Source: Vibrio vulnificus CMCP6
Lineage (GTDB): Bacteria; Pseudomonadota; Gammaproteobacteria; Enterobacterales; Vibrionaceae
Direction: 5' to 3'
DNA length: 32,000 nt
NCBI RefSeq assembly: GCF_000039765.1
Contig: NC_004459.3
Span: forward strand, 1,440,001-1,472,000
Below the pieces are notes generated by a model. That model was given only the letters and a program-made list of their open reading frames with translations, ran no database searches and had not been told where the DNA came from. The translations under genes and the position numbers were made by a program. The number at the start of each line of letters is the position of its first letter. The stretch's first letter is position 1. Below are positions 18,422 through 29,145 of this stretch, in pieces.

Positions 18422-19594
18422 ATGGACACTAAGCACATCACGAACTCAATTCAATTTAAAGGCCAAGGAGGGGAGTTCTTTGGTATCTGGATCGTCAACA
18501 TCTTATTGTCGGTGATCACGCTAGGCATTTACTCAGCCTGGGCCAAGGTTCGCACCAAGCGCTACTTTTATGGCAACACCTTTATCGCGGGTGATAATTT
18601 CGAATACCACGCGCAACCGATGCAACTTCTCAAAGGACGCTTGGTGGCACTCGCTCTAGTGGTGATTTGGGTGGTAGCAAACTCATTCTTTCCATTAGCA
18701 TCGTTGGTGTTGCTTGCGCTGTTCTATGTGGCGCTCCCTTGGCTTCTCTGGAGTAACGCCCGGTTTGATTCTGCTATGACCAGTTATCGAAATGTCCACT
18801 TTGCTTTTAATGGCTCGTTGAAAGAGGCTTATATGTCGATACTAGGTCGCGGTCTCGCATCGTTGCTTATTATCGCGATTTACATTGCTATTGTGGTGGC
18901 TTCAGCCAATGCGTCCGCGATGGTCGCTACACTATTAGGCTTTGGTACCTTGGTGCTGATGTTTGTTTTGTACGCTTGGGTAGTCGCAGGTATTCACCAA
19001 TATTTTGCCTCGGGTTATCAGTATGGGGATTGGAAGTTTGTCGCTAAGATTGAAACGGGCTTCTTCTTGAAAACATACTGTAAAGCGATGCTGATTGGTT
19101 TCTTAACCGCAGTGGCTTTTATGATTGTGATGGGCACGTTTGTATTGGGCACTGACATTATGAATATCTTTGCTGGCGAAGTGGACCTGCTGGAAGGGAA
19201 AGGGGATTTTGCGTATGTGGTGTTGACTTATCTGGTGACGATTACGATGTCACTGGGTATCACCGCCTATACGACGACTCGTATCCGCAATTATGTTTTC
19301 TCGAGACTGACCGCAACGGCAGAAGCTCAGTCTGAGACGGAGTTTCGTTTTGCGTCAACCTTTGGTGTTTGGGACTACATGAGTTTGATAGTCACCAACT
19401 TCTTGTTGCAAGTGATCACGCTTGGCTTGGCTCGTCCTTGGGTGATGGTGCGCACCTCTCGCTACGTTGCTAGCCATACTGGTGTCATTGGAGATATGGA
19501 TACGCTGAAAGCAACCGATCAAGATTCTGCGGTGAAAAACGCCATCAGTGATGAAGTGGCGCAAGCGTTTGATCTTGGCCTCAGTATCAGCTAA
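18422..19594 (+). CDS. YjgN/DUF898 family multi-pass membrane protein
   Basis: 390 aa; SIQFKGQGGEFFGIWIVNILLSVITLGIYSAWAKVRTKRYFYGNTFIAGDNFEYHA, second related segment FRFASTFGVWDYMSLIVTNFLLQVITLGLARPWVMVRTSRYVASHT. Confidence 0.9.
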   Translation: MDTKHITNSIQFKGQGGEFFGIWIVNILLSVITLGIYSAWAKVRTKRYFYGNTFIAGDNFEYHAQPMQLLKGRLVALALVVIWVVANSFFPLASLVLLALFYVALPWLLWSNARFDSAMTSYRNVHFAFNGSLKEAYMSILGRGLASLLIIAIYIAIVVASANASAMVATLLGFGTLVLMFVLYAWVVAGIHQYFASGYQYGDWKFVAKIETGFFLKTYCKAMLIGFLTAVAFMIVMGTFVLGTDIMNIFAGEVDLLEGKGDFAYVVLTYLVTITMSLGITAYTTTRIRNYVFSRLTATAEAQSETEFRFASTFGVWDYMSLIVTNFLLQVITLGLARPWVMVRTSRYVASHTGVIGDMDTLKATDQDSAVKNAISDEVAQAFDLGLSIS

Positions 19595-20589
19595 TGCGCA
19601 TCTTTGGAACCGCATTCCCGCCTCGTAGCTCAGAGCGCTGTGAGGCGGAGATCGACACTTCTCAACCACACTTGCTTGCTCTGCATGTGAATGGGGAGAT
19701 TTTCAGTGCTGATTACCATTACCTGCACATCAGTGAGCCTGTAGGTCGCTTACCTGTGCGTATTTCCTTTCCGAATGGTTGGGTGTTTGTCACTGAGCCC
19801 AGTACGGCGTTATCGAAGTGGCTAGGTTTTCATAAAAAGCAAAGCTTTGTTGATCGAATGGAAGGTAACATCCCTGCTTGGATTCTTTCGGCTATGGTGT
19901 GTTTGGCGGTGATCGCGGGGTGCTATTACTATCTGTTGCCTTGGGGAAGTCAGAAGATCGCTGAGAGCTTACCGGATTCCTTATCTATCGCTGTTGGAGA
20001 GCAGGTGCTGGATTCGCTTGATTTGCAGTTGCAACCCAGTCAATTACCTGAGGAGCAGCAGAGCGCTATTCGCCAAAGAGTTCAACAGTTTGCGCAGGTA
20101 TTGCCAGAGTTGCCGTATGACATCAAGGTGGAGTTTCGCTCAATGCCAGAAGGCGCCAATGCGTTTGCGCTCCCCGGTGGGACGATTGTTTTGCTTGATG
20201 AGCTAGTGGCGCTTGCACAAACCCAGCAACAGTTGGACAGCATCATTCTGCATGAGATGGGCCATGTCCATCACCGTCATATGATGAAGCAAGTGGTTCA
20301 CTCCACCATTCTTTCGGTAGCGGTCTCTCTCATCACAGGAGAAAGTTCTGGGATTGTTGATAACTTAGCGGGGGTTGGGGTGTTTATCGTTTCCAATGGT
20401 CAGTCTCGTGAAGCGGAAACGCAAGCGGATCTGTACGCGAAAAAGGCAATGAAGCAGATCTATGGCACGAGTGAGCCGCTGGCTGAGATGTTCGAGCTGT
20501 TCAAAACGCAGGAAATGATGGATATTCCGGAATGGTTTAGTTCTCACCCTAATTTTTCCGAGCGAATTCAAGCCGCAAGGGAAGAGTAG
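19594..20589 (+). CDS. M48 family metallopeptidase, translationally coupled to the DUF898 gene
   Basis: 331 aa; IILHEMGHVHHRHMMKQVVHS (HExxH), EAETQADLYAKKAM. Start overlaps the preceding stop as TAATG. Confidence 0.9.
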   Translation: MRIFGTAFPPRSSERCEAEIDTSQPHLLALHVNGEIFSADYHYLHISEPVGRLPVRISFPNGWVFVTEPSTALSKWLGFHKKQSFVDRMEGNIPAWILSAMVCLAVIAGCYYYLLPWGSQKIAESLPDSLSIAVGEQVLDSLDLQLQPSQLPEEQQSAIRQRVQQFAQVLPELPYDIKVEFRSMPEGANAFALPGGTIVLLDELVALAQTQQQLDSIILHEMGHVHHRHMMKQVVHSTILSVAVSLITGESSGIVDNLAGVGVFIVSNGQSREAETQADLYAKKAMKQIYGTSEPLAEMFELFKTQEMMDIPEWFSSHPNFSERIQAAREE

Positions 20590-20638
20590 CCAAGCATGCT
20601 TTGCTAAAATCGTGGTGCACCGTAGAGGATAAATACAA

Positions 20639-20662
20639 AAAGGCAGCGATAACGCTGCCTTT
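20639..20662. terminator. Convergent terminator between the M48 peptidase gene and valS
   Basis: AAAGGCAGCG-ATAA-CGCTGCCTTT, 10-bp perfect stem. Confidence 0.8.
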
Positions 20663-20684
20663 CGTTTTATGAAGCTAACAAGAA

Positions 20685-23540
20685 TTACAGTGCCGCGATG
20701 GTCGCTTTTTGCTCTTCAAGTTTTGCCAAGGTTTCTTGGTAGCCTTCCAGCTTCTCACGCTCTTTCGCGATAACCGCTTCAGGGGCTTTGGCGACGAAAC
20801 CTTCGTTACCCAACTTACCTTCGATGCGCTTGATTTCACCTTGTGTCTTCGCCACTTCTTTATCCAAACGAGCAAGCTCTGCATCTTTGTCGATCAGGCC
20901 CGCCATTGGGATCATCAGTTCAGATTTCGCCACAAGTGCTGTTGCACAGGCTGGTGTTTCTTCGCCCGCAGCCAATACACGAACCGACTCAAGTTTCGCT
21001 AGTGACATCAATACTTGTTTGTTCGCTTCTAGGCGCGCTGCATCTTTCTCGTCTGCTTTTAGCATCACTTCCAGCGGTTTGCCTGGGTTGATGTCGTATT
21101 CAGCACGTAGGTTACGGATGCTAGTGATGAACGCTTTCACCCATTCGATGTCGTCTAGCGCTTCTTGGTTGAAGTTCGCTTCATCGTATTGAGGTAGAGA
21201 TTGCAACATGATTGTCTCGCCTTCCACTCCGTCTACTAGTGGCTTGATGCTTTGCCAGATCGTTTCGGTGATGTAAGGAATCACTGGGTGAGCCAGACGT
21301 AGCGTCTTCTCAAGTACCGTGATTAGTGTACGGCGAGTACCACGTTGTTGCGCTTCAGTCCCTTTCCATAGAACTGGTTTAGTCAGCTCTAGGTACCAGT
21401 CACAGAATTGGTTCCAGATGAATTCGTACAGCGTGTTTGCTGCCATATCGAGACGGTAGTTGTCGATATGGTTGTTGAATGCTTTCGCTGCCAGTTCAAA
21501 CTGAGACTCGATCCATTTGTCCGCTAGTGAGTATTCGATCTCACCTGCGCCAAAGCCACAATCTTGCTCTTCTGTGTTCATCATTACGTAACGGCTTGCG
21601 TTCCATAGCTTGTTACAGAAGTTACGGTAACCTTCAAGACGCTTCATATCCCAGTTGATATCGCGACCTGTTGATGCCATTGCAGCAAGCGTAAAGCGTA
21701 GCGCGTCAGTACCGTAGGCTTCGATACCGTTTTCAAATGTCTTACGCGTGTTCTTCTCGATCTTCGCTGCTAGCTGAGGCTGCATCATGTTGCCAGTGCG
21801 CTTCTCTACTAGAGACTCTAGGTCGATACCATCGATCATGTCGATTGGGTCAAGTACGTTACCTTTCGACTTAGACATCTTGTCGCCGTTTTCGTCACGG
21901 ATCAGACCGGTCACATAAACGGTTTTGAATGGGACTTGTGGCTTGCCATTTTCGTCTTTGACGAAGTGCATGGTCATCATGATCATGCGCGCAACCCAGA
22001 AGAAGATGATGTCGAAACCAGTTACTAGCACGTCTGAAGGGTGGAAGACTTTCAGATCGTCAGTTTGCTCTGGCCAGCCTTGTGTACCGAACGTCCATAG
22101 TGCAGAAGAGAACCAGGTATCCAGTACGTCTTCGTCTTGGTGTAGTTCAATCACAGACTCTAGGTTGTGGTTTTGACGAACTTCTTCTTCGCTGCGACCG
22201 ACGTAAACATTGCCTTGGTTGTCGTACCAAGCAGGGATACGGTGGCCCCACCAAAGTTGACGAGAGATACACCAGTCTTGAACGTCACGCATCCAAGAGA
22301 AGTACATGTTTTCGTATTGCTTAGGCACGAATTGGATGTCGCCATTTTCTACGGCTTCAACCGCTGTTTTCGCTAGAGGCGCAGTACGTACGTACCATTG
22401 GTCAGTCAGCATTGGTTCAATAACCACGCCACCACGGTCGCCATAAGGCACTTGTAGATCGTGATCTTTCACTTCTTCAAGCAGACCTAGTTCGTCGAAC
22501 TCTGCCACGATCGCTTTACGCGCTGCGAAACGCTCCATGCCGTGGTATTTAGCAGGTAGCTCAGTTCCGTAAGCATCGCTTGGCTCGCCGTTGGTCGTGA
22601 ACACTTCTGCCGCATCACGGATGTTGGCGTCAAACGTCAGAATGTTGATCATTGGTAGCTGGTGGCGCTTACCCACTTCGTAGTCGTTGAAGTCGTGTGC
22701 TGGGGTAATTTTCACACAGCCAGTGCCTTTTTCCATGTCTGCGTGCTCATCGCCCACGATAGGGATGCGGCGATCAACGATAGGCAGGATGATGTCTTTA
22801 CCGATCAGATCTTGGTAACGTGGATCTTCTGGGTTAACAGCAACACCGGTATCACCTAGCATGGTTTCTGGACGAGTTGTTGCAACAACGATGTAATCTT
22901 TGCCATCTGCTGTTTTAACGCCATCGGCTAGCGGGTAGCGGAAGTGCCACATGTGGCCTTTAGTGTCTTTGTTCTCTACTTCTAGATCTGAGATCGCTGT
23001 GTGCAGTTTAGGATCCCAGTTAACTAGGCGCTTACCGCGGTAGATGAGGTCATCTTCGTATAGGCGCACGAATACTTCTTGAACGGCATTAGACAGGCCA
23101 TCATCCATGGTGAAGCGTTCACGATCCCAGTCTACTGATGCGCCAAGACGACGAAGCTGCTTAGTGATGGTGCCGCCTGATTCGCCTTTCCATTCCCAGA
23201 TTTTGTCGATGAAGGCTTCGCGACCGTAATCGTGTTTGGTTTTGCCTTCTTCTGCAGCGATCTTACGCTCAACAACCATCTGAGTAGCGATACCTGCGTG
23301 GTCAGTACCGACTTGCCAAAGGGTATTTTTACCCTTCATACGCTCACAACGGATCAGTGTATCCATGATCGTATCTTGGAACGCGTGGCCCATATGTAGG
23401 CTACCAGTGACGTTCGGTGGCGGGATCATGATGCTGTATGATTCTTTTGACGTGTCACCGTGTGGTTTAAAGTAGCCTTGCTCTTCCCAAGTCTTATACA
23501 GATCTTGTTCGATTGAGGTTGGGTTGTATGTTTTTTCCAT
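20685..23540 (-). CDS. valS: Valyl-tRNA synthetase
   Basis: 951 aa; [58 protein letters not shown] (KMSKS). Confidence 0.98.
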   Translation of the reverse strand: MEKTYNPTSIEQDLYKTWEEQGYFKPHGDTSKESYSIMIPPPNVTGSLHMGHAFQDTIMDTLIRCERMKGKNTLWQVGTDHAGIATQMVVERKIAAEEGKTKHDYGREAFIDKIWEWKGESGGTITKQLRRLGASVDWDRERFTMDDGLSNAVQEVFVRLYEDDLIYRGKRLVNWDPKLHTAISDLEVENKDTKGHMWHFRYPLADGVKTADGKDYIVVATTRPETMLGDTGVAVNPEDPRYQDLIGKDIILPIVDRRIPIVGDEHADMEKGTGCVKITPAHDFNDYEVGKRHQLPMINILTFDANIRDAAEVFTTNGEPSDAYGTELPAKYHGMERFAARKAIVAEFDELGLLEEVKDHDLQVPYGDRGGVVIEPMLTDQWYVRTAPLAKTAVEAVENGDIQFVPKQYENMYFSWMRDVQDWCISRQLWWGHRIPAWYDNQGNVYVGRSEEEVRQNHNLESVIELHQDEDVLDTWFSSALWTFGTQGWPEQTDDLKVFHPSDVLVTGFDIIFFWVARMIMMTMHFVKDENGKPQVPFKTVYVTGLIRDENGDKMSKSKGNVLDPIDMIDGIDLESLVEKRTGNMMQPQLAAKIEKNTRKTFENGIEAYGTDALRFTLAAMASTGRDINWDMKRLEGYRNFCNKLWNASRYVMMNTEEQDCGFGAGEIEYSLADKWIESQFELAAKAFNNHIDNYRLDMAANTLYEFIWNQFCDWYLELTKPVLWKGTEAQQRGTRRTLITVLEKTLRLAHPVIPYITETIWQSIKPLVDGVEGETIMLQSLPQYDEANFNQEALDDIEWVKAFITSIRNLRAEYDINPGKPLEVMLKADEKDAARLEANKQVLMSLAKLESVRVLAAGEETPACATALVAKSELMIPMAGLIDKDAELARLDKEVAKTQGEIKRIEGKLGNEGFVAKAPEAVIAKEREKLEGYQETLAKLEEQKATIAAL

Positions 23541-23625
23541 GGGAGCTTAATCTGGTTAAGTTAATCTAGGTCAATCTTTATAAGTGAACTCTCTATTGGG
23601 AGAGCTTAACTATAAGGATTGACCG

Positions 23626-24075
23626 CTAGTTGTGTTCAATTTCGATTGTTTGCAGTTGGTAACCTGCTTGACGGTAGATTTTATACCTTTCTCGCGCGAG
23701 CTGTTTAGCTTTTTCTTCGCAAGGGACGAAGTCTACCACCTCAGCAAACTTGTTCGCAAAGGTTGTCTCATTTTTCGCCAAATTTATTACCAGTTGGCGG
23801 TTCCAGCTTGGCTTGACACCTTCGTGACCTATCTCAATATTGGTGGCGTATTTTGGACCTTCACCGACCAAATTATGCGCAACAAACTGAGCGGGCTCAA
23901 CTTGCCAAAAGTACTCTGCAATTTGCTCTGCGTGACGTTTACTTTCTCCATTGAGATACACCTTCGCCCCTTGCTTGGCAAAATGGTGGGCAAGGAACAC
24001 TACGTAGTGAGCAAAACCTTCTGGCGTTGCTTGTGGGGTGTGTTCTCGGACAATGTAAAACGTGGCTCTTTGCAT
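23626..24075 (-). CDS. holC: DNA polymerase III chi subunit
   Basis: 149 aa MQRATFYIV...AHYVVFLAHHFAKQGAKVYLNGESKRHAEQIAEYFWQVEPAQFVAHNLVGE; located between pepA and valS. Confidence 0.93.
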   Translation of the reverse strand: MQRATFYIVREHTPQATPEGFAHYVVFLAHHFAKQGAKVYLNGESKRHAEQIAEYFWQVEPAQFVAHNLVGEGPKYATNIEIGHEGVKPSWNRQLVINLAKNETTFANKFAEVVDFVPCEEKAKQLARERYKIYRQAGYQLQTIEIEHN

Positions 24076-24101
24076 AGCTTGTTCGTCTCTCTGGCGATGA
24101 A

Positions 24102-24125
24102 AAAAAGGGCCTTGCGGCCCTTTTT
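24102..24125 (-). terminator. Hairpin terminator downstream of pepA
   Basis: AAAAAGGGCC-TTGC-GGCCCTTTTT perfect 10-bp stem between pepA and holC. Confidence 0.75.
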
Positions 24126-24138
24126 ACATTGACTTGAA

Positions 24139-25647
24139 TTATTCTTCAGTCTCTTGGCCACTGCGATTTAGCAGGAATTGGACCAGCATAGAGACAGGAC
24201 GACCTGTCGACCCTTTGGCTGCGCCAGACTTCCATGCTGTGCCTGCGATGTCTAGGTGTGCCCAGTTGTATTTCTTAGCAAATTTAGACAAGAAGCATGC
24301 TGCAGTGATGGTACCACCAGGACGGCCGCCAATGTTTGCCATGTCGGCAAATGGGCTCTTTAGCTGTTCATGGTATTCATCCGCCATTGGTAGGCGCCAA
24401 GCACGATCGCTGGATTGTTCAGAAGCATTGACGAGCTCATGAGCAAGAGGGTTGTGGTTAGACAGAACACCAGTAATGTGGTGACCTAGTGCAATAACAC
24501 AAGCGCCAGTGAGCGTCGCAACGTCAACCACGCAGTCTGGTTCAAAACGCTCAACGTAAGTCAGTGCATCACACAGTACCAAACGACCTTCTGCATCGGT
24601 ATTGAGTACTTCTACGGTTTGACCTGACATAGTCGTTAGGATATCACCTGGACGGTAAGCGTTGCTGCCTGGCATGTTTTCACAACCAGCAAGTACGCCA
24701 ATCACGTTGACTGGTAGGTTCAGTTTTGCCAGCGCTTTCATCGTGCCGAATACGGAGGCTGCGCCACACATGTCGTATTTCATTTCATCCATGCCTTCGC
24801 CTGGTTTTAGTGAAATACCGCCTGAATCGAATGTTAGACCTTTACCGACAAGAACAATCGGTTTGGCTTCTGAATCTGGATGGCCTTTGTATTCGATGAT
24901 AGACATCATCGATTCATTTTTCGAACCGCGACCGACCGCTAGGTAAGAAGACATACCCAGTTTTTCCATCTCTTGTTCACCGATGATTTTGGTGGTGATG
25001 GTTTCGTAGTCATCTGCCAGACGACGCGCTTGAGAGGCGAGGTAAGCTGGGTTTGCGATGTTTGGTGGCATGTTGCCAAGGTCTTTACAGGCTTTCACAC
25101 CTGAAGCAATCGCCAAACCGTGAGTGATGGCTTTCTCACCAAGGTTCAGTTCACGACGAGTTGGTACGTTGAAGACAAGCTTACGTAGTGGGCGACGTGT
25201 TTCTGGCTTCACGCTCTTGAATTGATCAAAGGTATACAGGCCATCTTTCGTTGCTTCAACCGCTTGGCGCACTTTCCAGTACGTGTCACGGCCTTTAACG
25301 TGCAGTTCAGTTAGGAAGCACACCGCTTCCATAGAGCCTGTTTCGTTAAGTGTATTGATGGTTTTCTGAATGATCTCTTTATATTGGCGCTCACCAAGCT
25401 CACGCTCTTTACCGCAACCAACCAAAAGAACACGTTCAGAAAGCACACCTGGAACTTGATGCAGCAGTAGCATCTGACCTGGTTTACCTTCTAGATCACC
25501 ACGGCGAAGTAGTGAACTGATGTAACCGTCACTGATTTTATCGAGCTGTTCGGCTACTGGAGAAAGGCGACGTGGTTCAAACACACCAACAACGATACAT
25601 GCGCTACGTTGTTTCTCTGGACTGCCACTTTTTACACTGAACTCCAT
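24139..25647 (-). CDS. pepA: Leucyl aminopeptidase (cytosol aminopeptidase) PepA
   Basis: 502 aa; [51 protein letters not shown]. Confidence 0.97.
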   Translation of the reverse strand: MEFSVKSGSPEKQRSACIVVGVFEPRRLSPVAEQLDKISDGYISSLLRRGDLEGKPGQMLLLHQVPGVLSERVLLVGCGKERELGERQYKEIIQKTINTLNETGSMEAVCFLTELHVKGRDTYWKVRQAVEATKDGLYTFDQFKSVKPETRRPLRKLVFNVPTRRELNLGEKAITHGLAIASGVKACKDLGNMPPNIANPAYLASQARRLADDYETITTKIIGEQEMEKLGMSSYLAVGRGSKNESMMSIIEYKGHPDSEAKPIVLVGKGLTFDSGGISLKPGEGMDEMKYDMCGAASVFGTMKALAKLNLPVNVIGVLAGCENMPGSNAYRPGDILTTMSGQTVEVLNTDAEGRLVLCDALTYVERFEPDCVVDVATLTGACVIALGHHITGVLSNHNPLAHELVNASEQSSDRAWRLPMADEYHEQLKSPFADMANIGGRPGGTITAACFLSKFAKKYNWAHLDIAGTAWKSGAAKGSTGRPVSMLVQFLLNRSGQETEE

Positions 25648-25839
25648 GCGTACTCCTACATCCTGAAGACAAATAGTTCTAAATGTTAGATAATGACCGC
25701 TTACTTGTTGAATTCTATTCTCGGTCTACTCTGTAAGTTACAGATTAACATTTAGTCAGTTTTTTTGAAAAATAAAAGGTTCAACGGGAAATTATAGTGA
25801 TTCGACCAAAAAAACAAGTTTTGTATAGGTAATTTCAGC

Positions 25840-26940
25840 GTGATTATTGTTAGATATTTGATCCGCGAAACACTCAAGAGCCAATTTGCGATCTTTTTCG
25901 TACTTTTTTTGGTGTTTCTCAGCCAGCAGTTCATTAGTGTGTTAGCGGATGCGTCGGATGGCGATATTCCGGCCAGTTTGATCATGTCGATTGTCGCGTT
26001 GAACATGCCATCGATGGGACTGTTAATGTTACCACTCAGTCTGTATATCGGTATTTTGATTACCTTTGGTCGACTTTACGCGGAAAGCGAAATCGTGGTG
26101 ATGAACGCCACGGGTATTGGGAATAAGTTCCTGATTCAAGCTGCATTGTATTTGGCGGTGATCACCTCCGGCGTAGCTGCGTTCAACTCATTGTGGTTGT
26201 CTCCTTGGTCGATGGATCGTGTTGAGCAATTGACCGAACAGGTTGCGGCTGAAAATAGTGTCGATTTATTAAAGAAAGGCCAATTTCAGTTCACTCCTGA
26301 TCGCTCTTCGGTGGTTTTCATTGATGATATCAAAGATAAACAGCTGTCTAATGTGTTTGTCGCACAGCTTATGCCCAGAGATTCCATTCTACCGAGTGTG
26401 ATGTTCGCTAATGGCGGTGAGGTGAAAGAGCTGTCTGATGGCCGTCAGATCATCTCTATGAAGCAAGGGACACGCTACGAAGGCGTACCAACTCGCGTGG
26501 AGTATATGATCACTGAATTTGAACAATACGACGGTTTAATTGGTCAACGTTCGGTCAAACAGCGAGGGCGAGATTGGGATGCGATTCCAACGCTGGAGCT
26601 GATTGGTAATCCTGACCCAGAAGCGCAAGCTGAGCTGCAATGGCGGGTTTCCCTATTCGTTTGTATCCCTCTACTGACCATGCTGGTTATCCCACTTTCA
26701 GCAGTGAGCCCGCGCCAGGGGCGATTTGCCAAAATGGGGCCGGCTATCCTCATCTATCTTGCGTATTTCTTGTCGATCAGCGCAACGAAATCTGCGTTGG
26801 AAGAGGGGGATATTTCTGCCTCGATTGGTATGTGGCCTATTAATGGTTTGCTACTGCTGGTGGCGATTATGGCGAACTTTATGGACAGCATTGCCGTTAG
26901 ACGAATCAAAGACAATTTTAGAAAGAAGAGGCTAGCGTAA
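25840..26940 (+). CDS. lptF: LPS export ABC transporter permease LptF
   Basis: 366 aa; MIIVRYLIRETLKSQFAIFFVLFLVFLSQQFISVLADASDGDIPASLI..., AVSPRQGRFAKMGPAILIYLAYF. Confidence 0.96.
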   Translation: MIIVRYLIRETLKSQFAIFFVLFLVFLSQQFISVLADASDGDIPASLIMSIVALNMPSMGLLMLPLSLYIGILITFGRLYAESEIVVMNATGIGNKFLIQAALYLAVITSGVAAFNSLWLSPWSMDRVEQLTEQVAAENSVDLLKKGQFQFTPDRSSVVFIDDIKDKQLSNVFVAQLMPRDSILPSVMFANGGEVKELSDGRQIISMKQGTRYEGVPTRVEYMITEFEQYDGLIGQRSVKQRGRDWDAIPTLELIGNPDPEAQAELQWRVSLFVCIPLLTMLVIPLSAVSPRQGRFAKMGPAILIYLAYFLSISATKSALEEGDISASIGMWPINGLLLLVAIMANFMDSIAVRRIKDNFRKKRLA

Positions 26941-26943
26941 ATC

Positions 26944-28017
26944 GTGTTTAAAATTTTAGACCTTTACATCGGTAGAACGATCGTTGCAACCACCTCTTTG
27001 GTATTGGTCACCTTTGTTGGCCTTTCTGGCATCATTAAGTATGTTGAGCAATTGCGTAAAGTGGGCAAAGGAACGTATGACCTCTTGCATGCGTTGTACT
27101 TTGTTTTATTGAGTATTCCTCGCGATATCGAAATGTTTTTCCCAATGGCCGCCTTGCTTGGTGCTCTGATTGGGCTAGGAATGCTGGCGTCGAGTTCAGA
27201 ATTGGTGGTGATGCAGGCTGCTGGTTTTTCTAAGCTGGATATCGGCGTCTCCGTGTTAAAAACCGCAGTACCGTTAATGCTGGTGGTGATGGCGCTGGGC
27301 CAGTGGGGCGCACCAGACGCACAGAAAATGGCTCGTGATTTGCGTTCATTTGCCTTATCTGGCGGTAGCATTGTTTCCGTGCGCAGTGGTGTTTGGGCCA
27401 AAGATGCCAATGACTTTATCTTTATCGGTAAGGTAGATGAGGACAAGCTCTATGGGCTTAACATGTGGAAGTTTGACCAGAATAAGAAGCTGCAATCGGT
27501 CATTTTTGCCGAAGAGGTTGATTACCAACAAGACAATCGCTGGTTGATGCGTTACGTGCAAATTACCGATATGCAAGATGAGAAAGTCATTTCCAAACAT
27601 TCATTAGAGCAGATGGAATGGGAAACCTCATTGGCTCCCGATAAATTAGCTGTTGTGACGGTAAAACCGGAAGAGCTTTCTCTCAGTGGACTCTATGACT
27701 ATGTGACCTATCTCAAAGCCTCCGAGCAAGATGCTTCTCGCTACGAGTTAGCGTTCTGGCGCAAGTTGACTCAGCCCATTTCGATTGCAGTGATGATGTT
27801 GATGGCATTGTCATTTGTGTTTGGTCCGCTTCGAAGTGTCACTATGGGGGCGAGAGTGATCTCAGGTGTGATTGCGGGTTTTGCTTTTTACATTTCCAGC
27901 GAGTTCTTCGGGCCTTTGACGTTGGTGTATGGTATTCCACCAGTGTTTGGCGCAGTGGCTCCGAGTATTGTGTTCTTTATCGTTGCCGTGATGTTGTTGA
28001 ACCGAAAACTGCAATAA
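26944..28017 (+). CDS. lptG: LPS export ABC transporter permease LptG (ORF-track start; gtg/ttg-type or atg start unconfirmed)
   Basis: 357 aa; MFKILDLYIGRTIVATTSLVLVTFVGLSGIIKYVEQLRKVGKGTYDL..., GPLTLVYGIPPVFGAVAPSIVF. The gene starts at a GTG codon. Confidence 0.95.
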   Translation: MFKILDLYIGRTIVATTSLVLVTFVGLSGIIKYVEQLRKVGKGTYDLLHALYFVLLSIPRDIEMFFPMAALLGALIGLGMLASSSELVVMQAAGFSKLDIGVSVLKTAVPLMLVVMALGQWGAPDAQKMARDLRSFALSGGSIVSVRSGVWAKDANDFIFIGKVDEDKLYGLNMWKFDQNKKLQSVIFAEEVDYQQDNRWLMRYVQITDMQDEKVISKHSLEQMEWETSLAPDKLAVVTVKPEELSLSGLYDYVTYLKASEQDASRYELAFWRKLTQPISIAVMMLMALSFVFGPLRSVTMGARVISGVIAGFAFYISSEFFGPLTLVYGIPPVFGAVAPSIVFFIVAVMLLNRKLQ

Positions 28018-28048
28018 ATAATGGGATTGACTCGCGAAAGAAAAGAAG

Positions 28049-28071
28049 ATGGAAGGCAATATGCCTTCCAT
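28049..28071 (+). terminator. Rho-independent terminator of lptFG
   Basis: ATGGAAGGC-AATAT-GCCTTCCAT followed by TTTTT. Confidence 0.85.
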
Positions 28072-28118
28072 TTTTTATGGTCTCTTTAACTCGAGCGCCT
28101 AGATTGTTTAGCTTGGGA

Positions 28119-28595
28119 TTATCTGACTTTAGGCAGCAAAACGACTTCTGTTTTGGCCCAAATGTCGTGAAAGCCCCTTTTCTTCGGATCGATTGGCACA
28201 GTGAAATTTGCCAAACCAAACGCAGAAGTTGCAATGCGTATTAGAGCTTGAGTTGGAGTAATCATCGAACCGTCGTGATTACGTACTTGAATCTTCCATG
28301 CTCGCATTCCAAGTGTTTGGCCTGCTCGAGTCCAAAAATAGACTAAGAAGTAGATCCAGACAGCGGCAAGATAGAAAGTAAAGAGCGGGCTGATGATTGG
28401 GTGTCGGCTGAGTAAATCAGCGGCATCCACATATTCGCCATAACTGATCAAGCCCATCCCATTTAGGGCAAACAGTATGGCCATCACGACCCCGGCTGCC
28501 ATCATTTCTAAAGCAATAATAATCAAAGCGTCATAAAAAAGTGCCGCAAGGCGACGAAAAAGCCCAGCAGGCGGTAATGTTGTAGTAGTCATCAT
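28119..28595 (-). CDS. RDD family membrane protein
   Basis: 158 aa; GLFRRLAALFYDALIIIALEMMAAGVVMAI..., GQTLGMRAWKIQVRNHDGSMITPTQALIR. Confidence 0.88.
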   Translation of the reverse strand: MMTTTTLPPAGLFRRLAALFYDALIIIALEMMAAGVVMAILFALNGMGLISYGEYVDAADLLSRHPIISPLFTFYLAAVWIYFLVYFWTRAGQTLGMRAWKIQVRNHDGSMITPTQALIRIATSAFGLANFTVPIDPKKRGFHDIWAKTEVVLLPKVR

Positions 28596-28783
28596 CGTTC
28601 ACTTACCTTTCAAATTGTGCGTCAGGATATAGATTCAACCCTATGAAGAAAAGAGAGCTAGAGCACACTGTGTTCATTTGTGGCGAAAACTTAGGCAAAC
28701 GGTAATTATTTCAATCTTTTGCTCTTGCACAACCGAAAAGCTTACGTATAATGCCAAGCATCGAAAGGCAATAGCCTAAAGAT

Positions 28784-28868
28784 GCCGGTGTGGTGAAATT
28801 GGTATACACGACGGATTCAAAATCCGTTTCCTTCGGGAGTGGCGGTTCAAGTCCGCCCACCGGTACCA
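28784..28868 (+). tRNA. tRNA-Leu, anticodon CAA
   Basis: Class II tRNA GCCGGTG...CACCGGTACCA; anticodon stem ACGGA/TCCGT with loop TTCAAAA; long variable arm TTTCCTTCGGGAGT; T arm GGCGG-TTCAAGT-CCGCC; encoded CCA. Preceded by TTGCAC-16 nt-TATAAT. Confidence 0.93.
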
Positions 28869-28874
28869 TACATA

Positions 28875-28902
28875 GAAAGGTCGCTTTTATAGCGGCCTTT
28901 CG
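28875..28902 (+). terminator. Terminator after tRNA-Leu
   Basis: GAAAGGTCGC-TTTTATA-GCGGCCTTTC stem including a G.T pair. Confidence 0.7.
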
Positions 28903-29094
28903 TCGTTTTGGGCTTTTGGAAAACGCTCTTTGCTTTCTTTCTGCATTTGTATTGCTTTTTCTCCTATGCCGCCGCTTTTCTAGCACTAAGTGTTCAATCA
29001 AGCAGACTTTGTCACAAGTACCTTAATTTAAAATGCTTCAATCACTTCGTTGAGCTCTTAAGCGAGTCGTGTTTCTCCGACATAAACGAAAAAA

Positions 29095-29114
29095 GCGCGG
29101 AGAAGACTCCGCGC
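29095..29114 (-). terminator. Terminator downstream of the deacetylase gene
   Basis: Minus strand GCGCGGAG-TCTT-CTCCGCGC followed by TTTTTTCG. Confidence 0.85.
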
Positions 29115-29145
29115 AAACTATCTACATTGTGATAGCAGGAACAGC

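Noticed and set aside
16415-20589. Accessory stretch considered as a defense or toxin-antitoxin island
   Set aside because: The GNAT lacks an RHH/antitoxin partner (DUF1778-like), and no nuclease, NTPase, reverse transcriptase or TIR-type effector is present; gene orientations are mixed and do not form one operon.
20709-22859. Alternate-frame and antisense ORFs over valS
   Set aside because: Shadow ORFs of a conserved housekeeping gene with low-complexity or motif-free translations.
28784-29145. tRNA-Leu as an attachment site of an integrative element
   Set aside because: No integrase, direct repeat of the tRNA 3' end or foreign gene content is visible in the following sequence; a terminator and a conserved metabolic gene follow.
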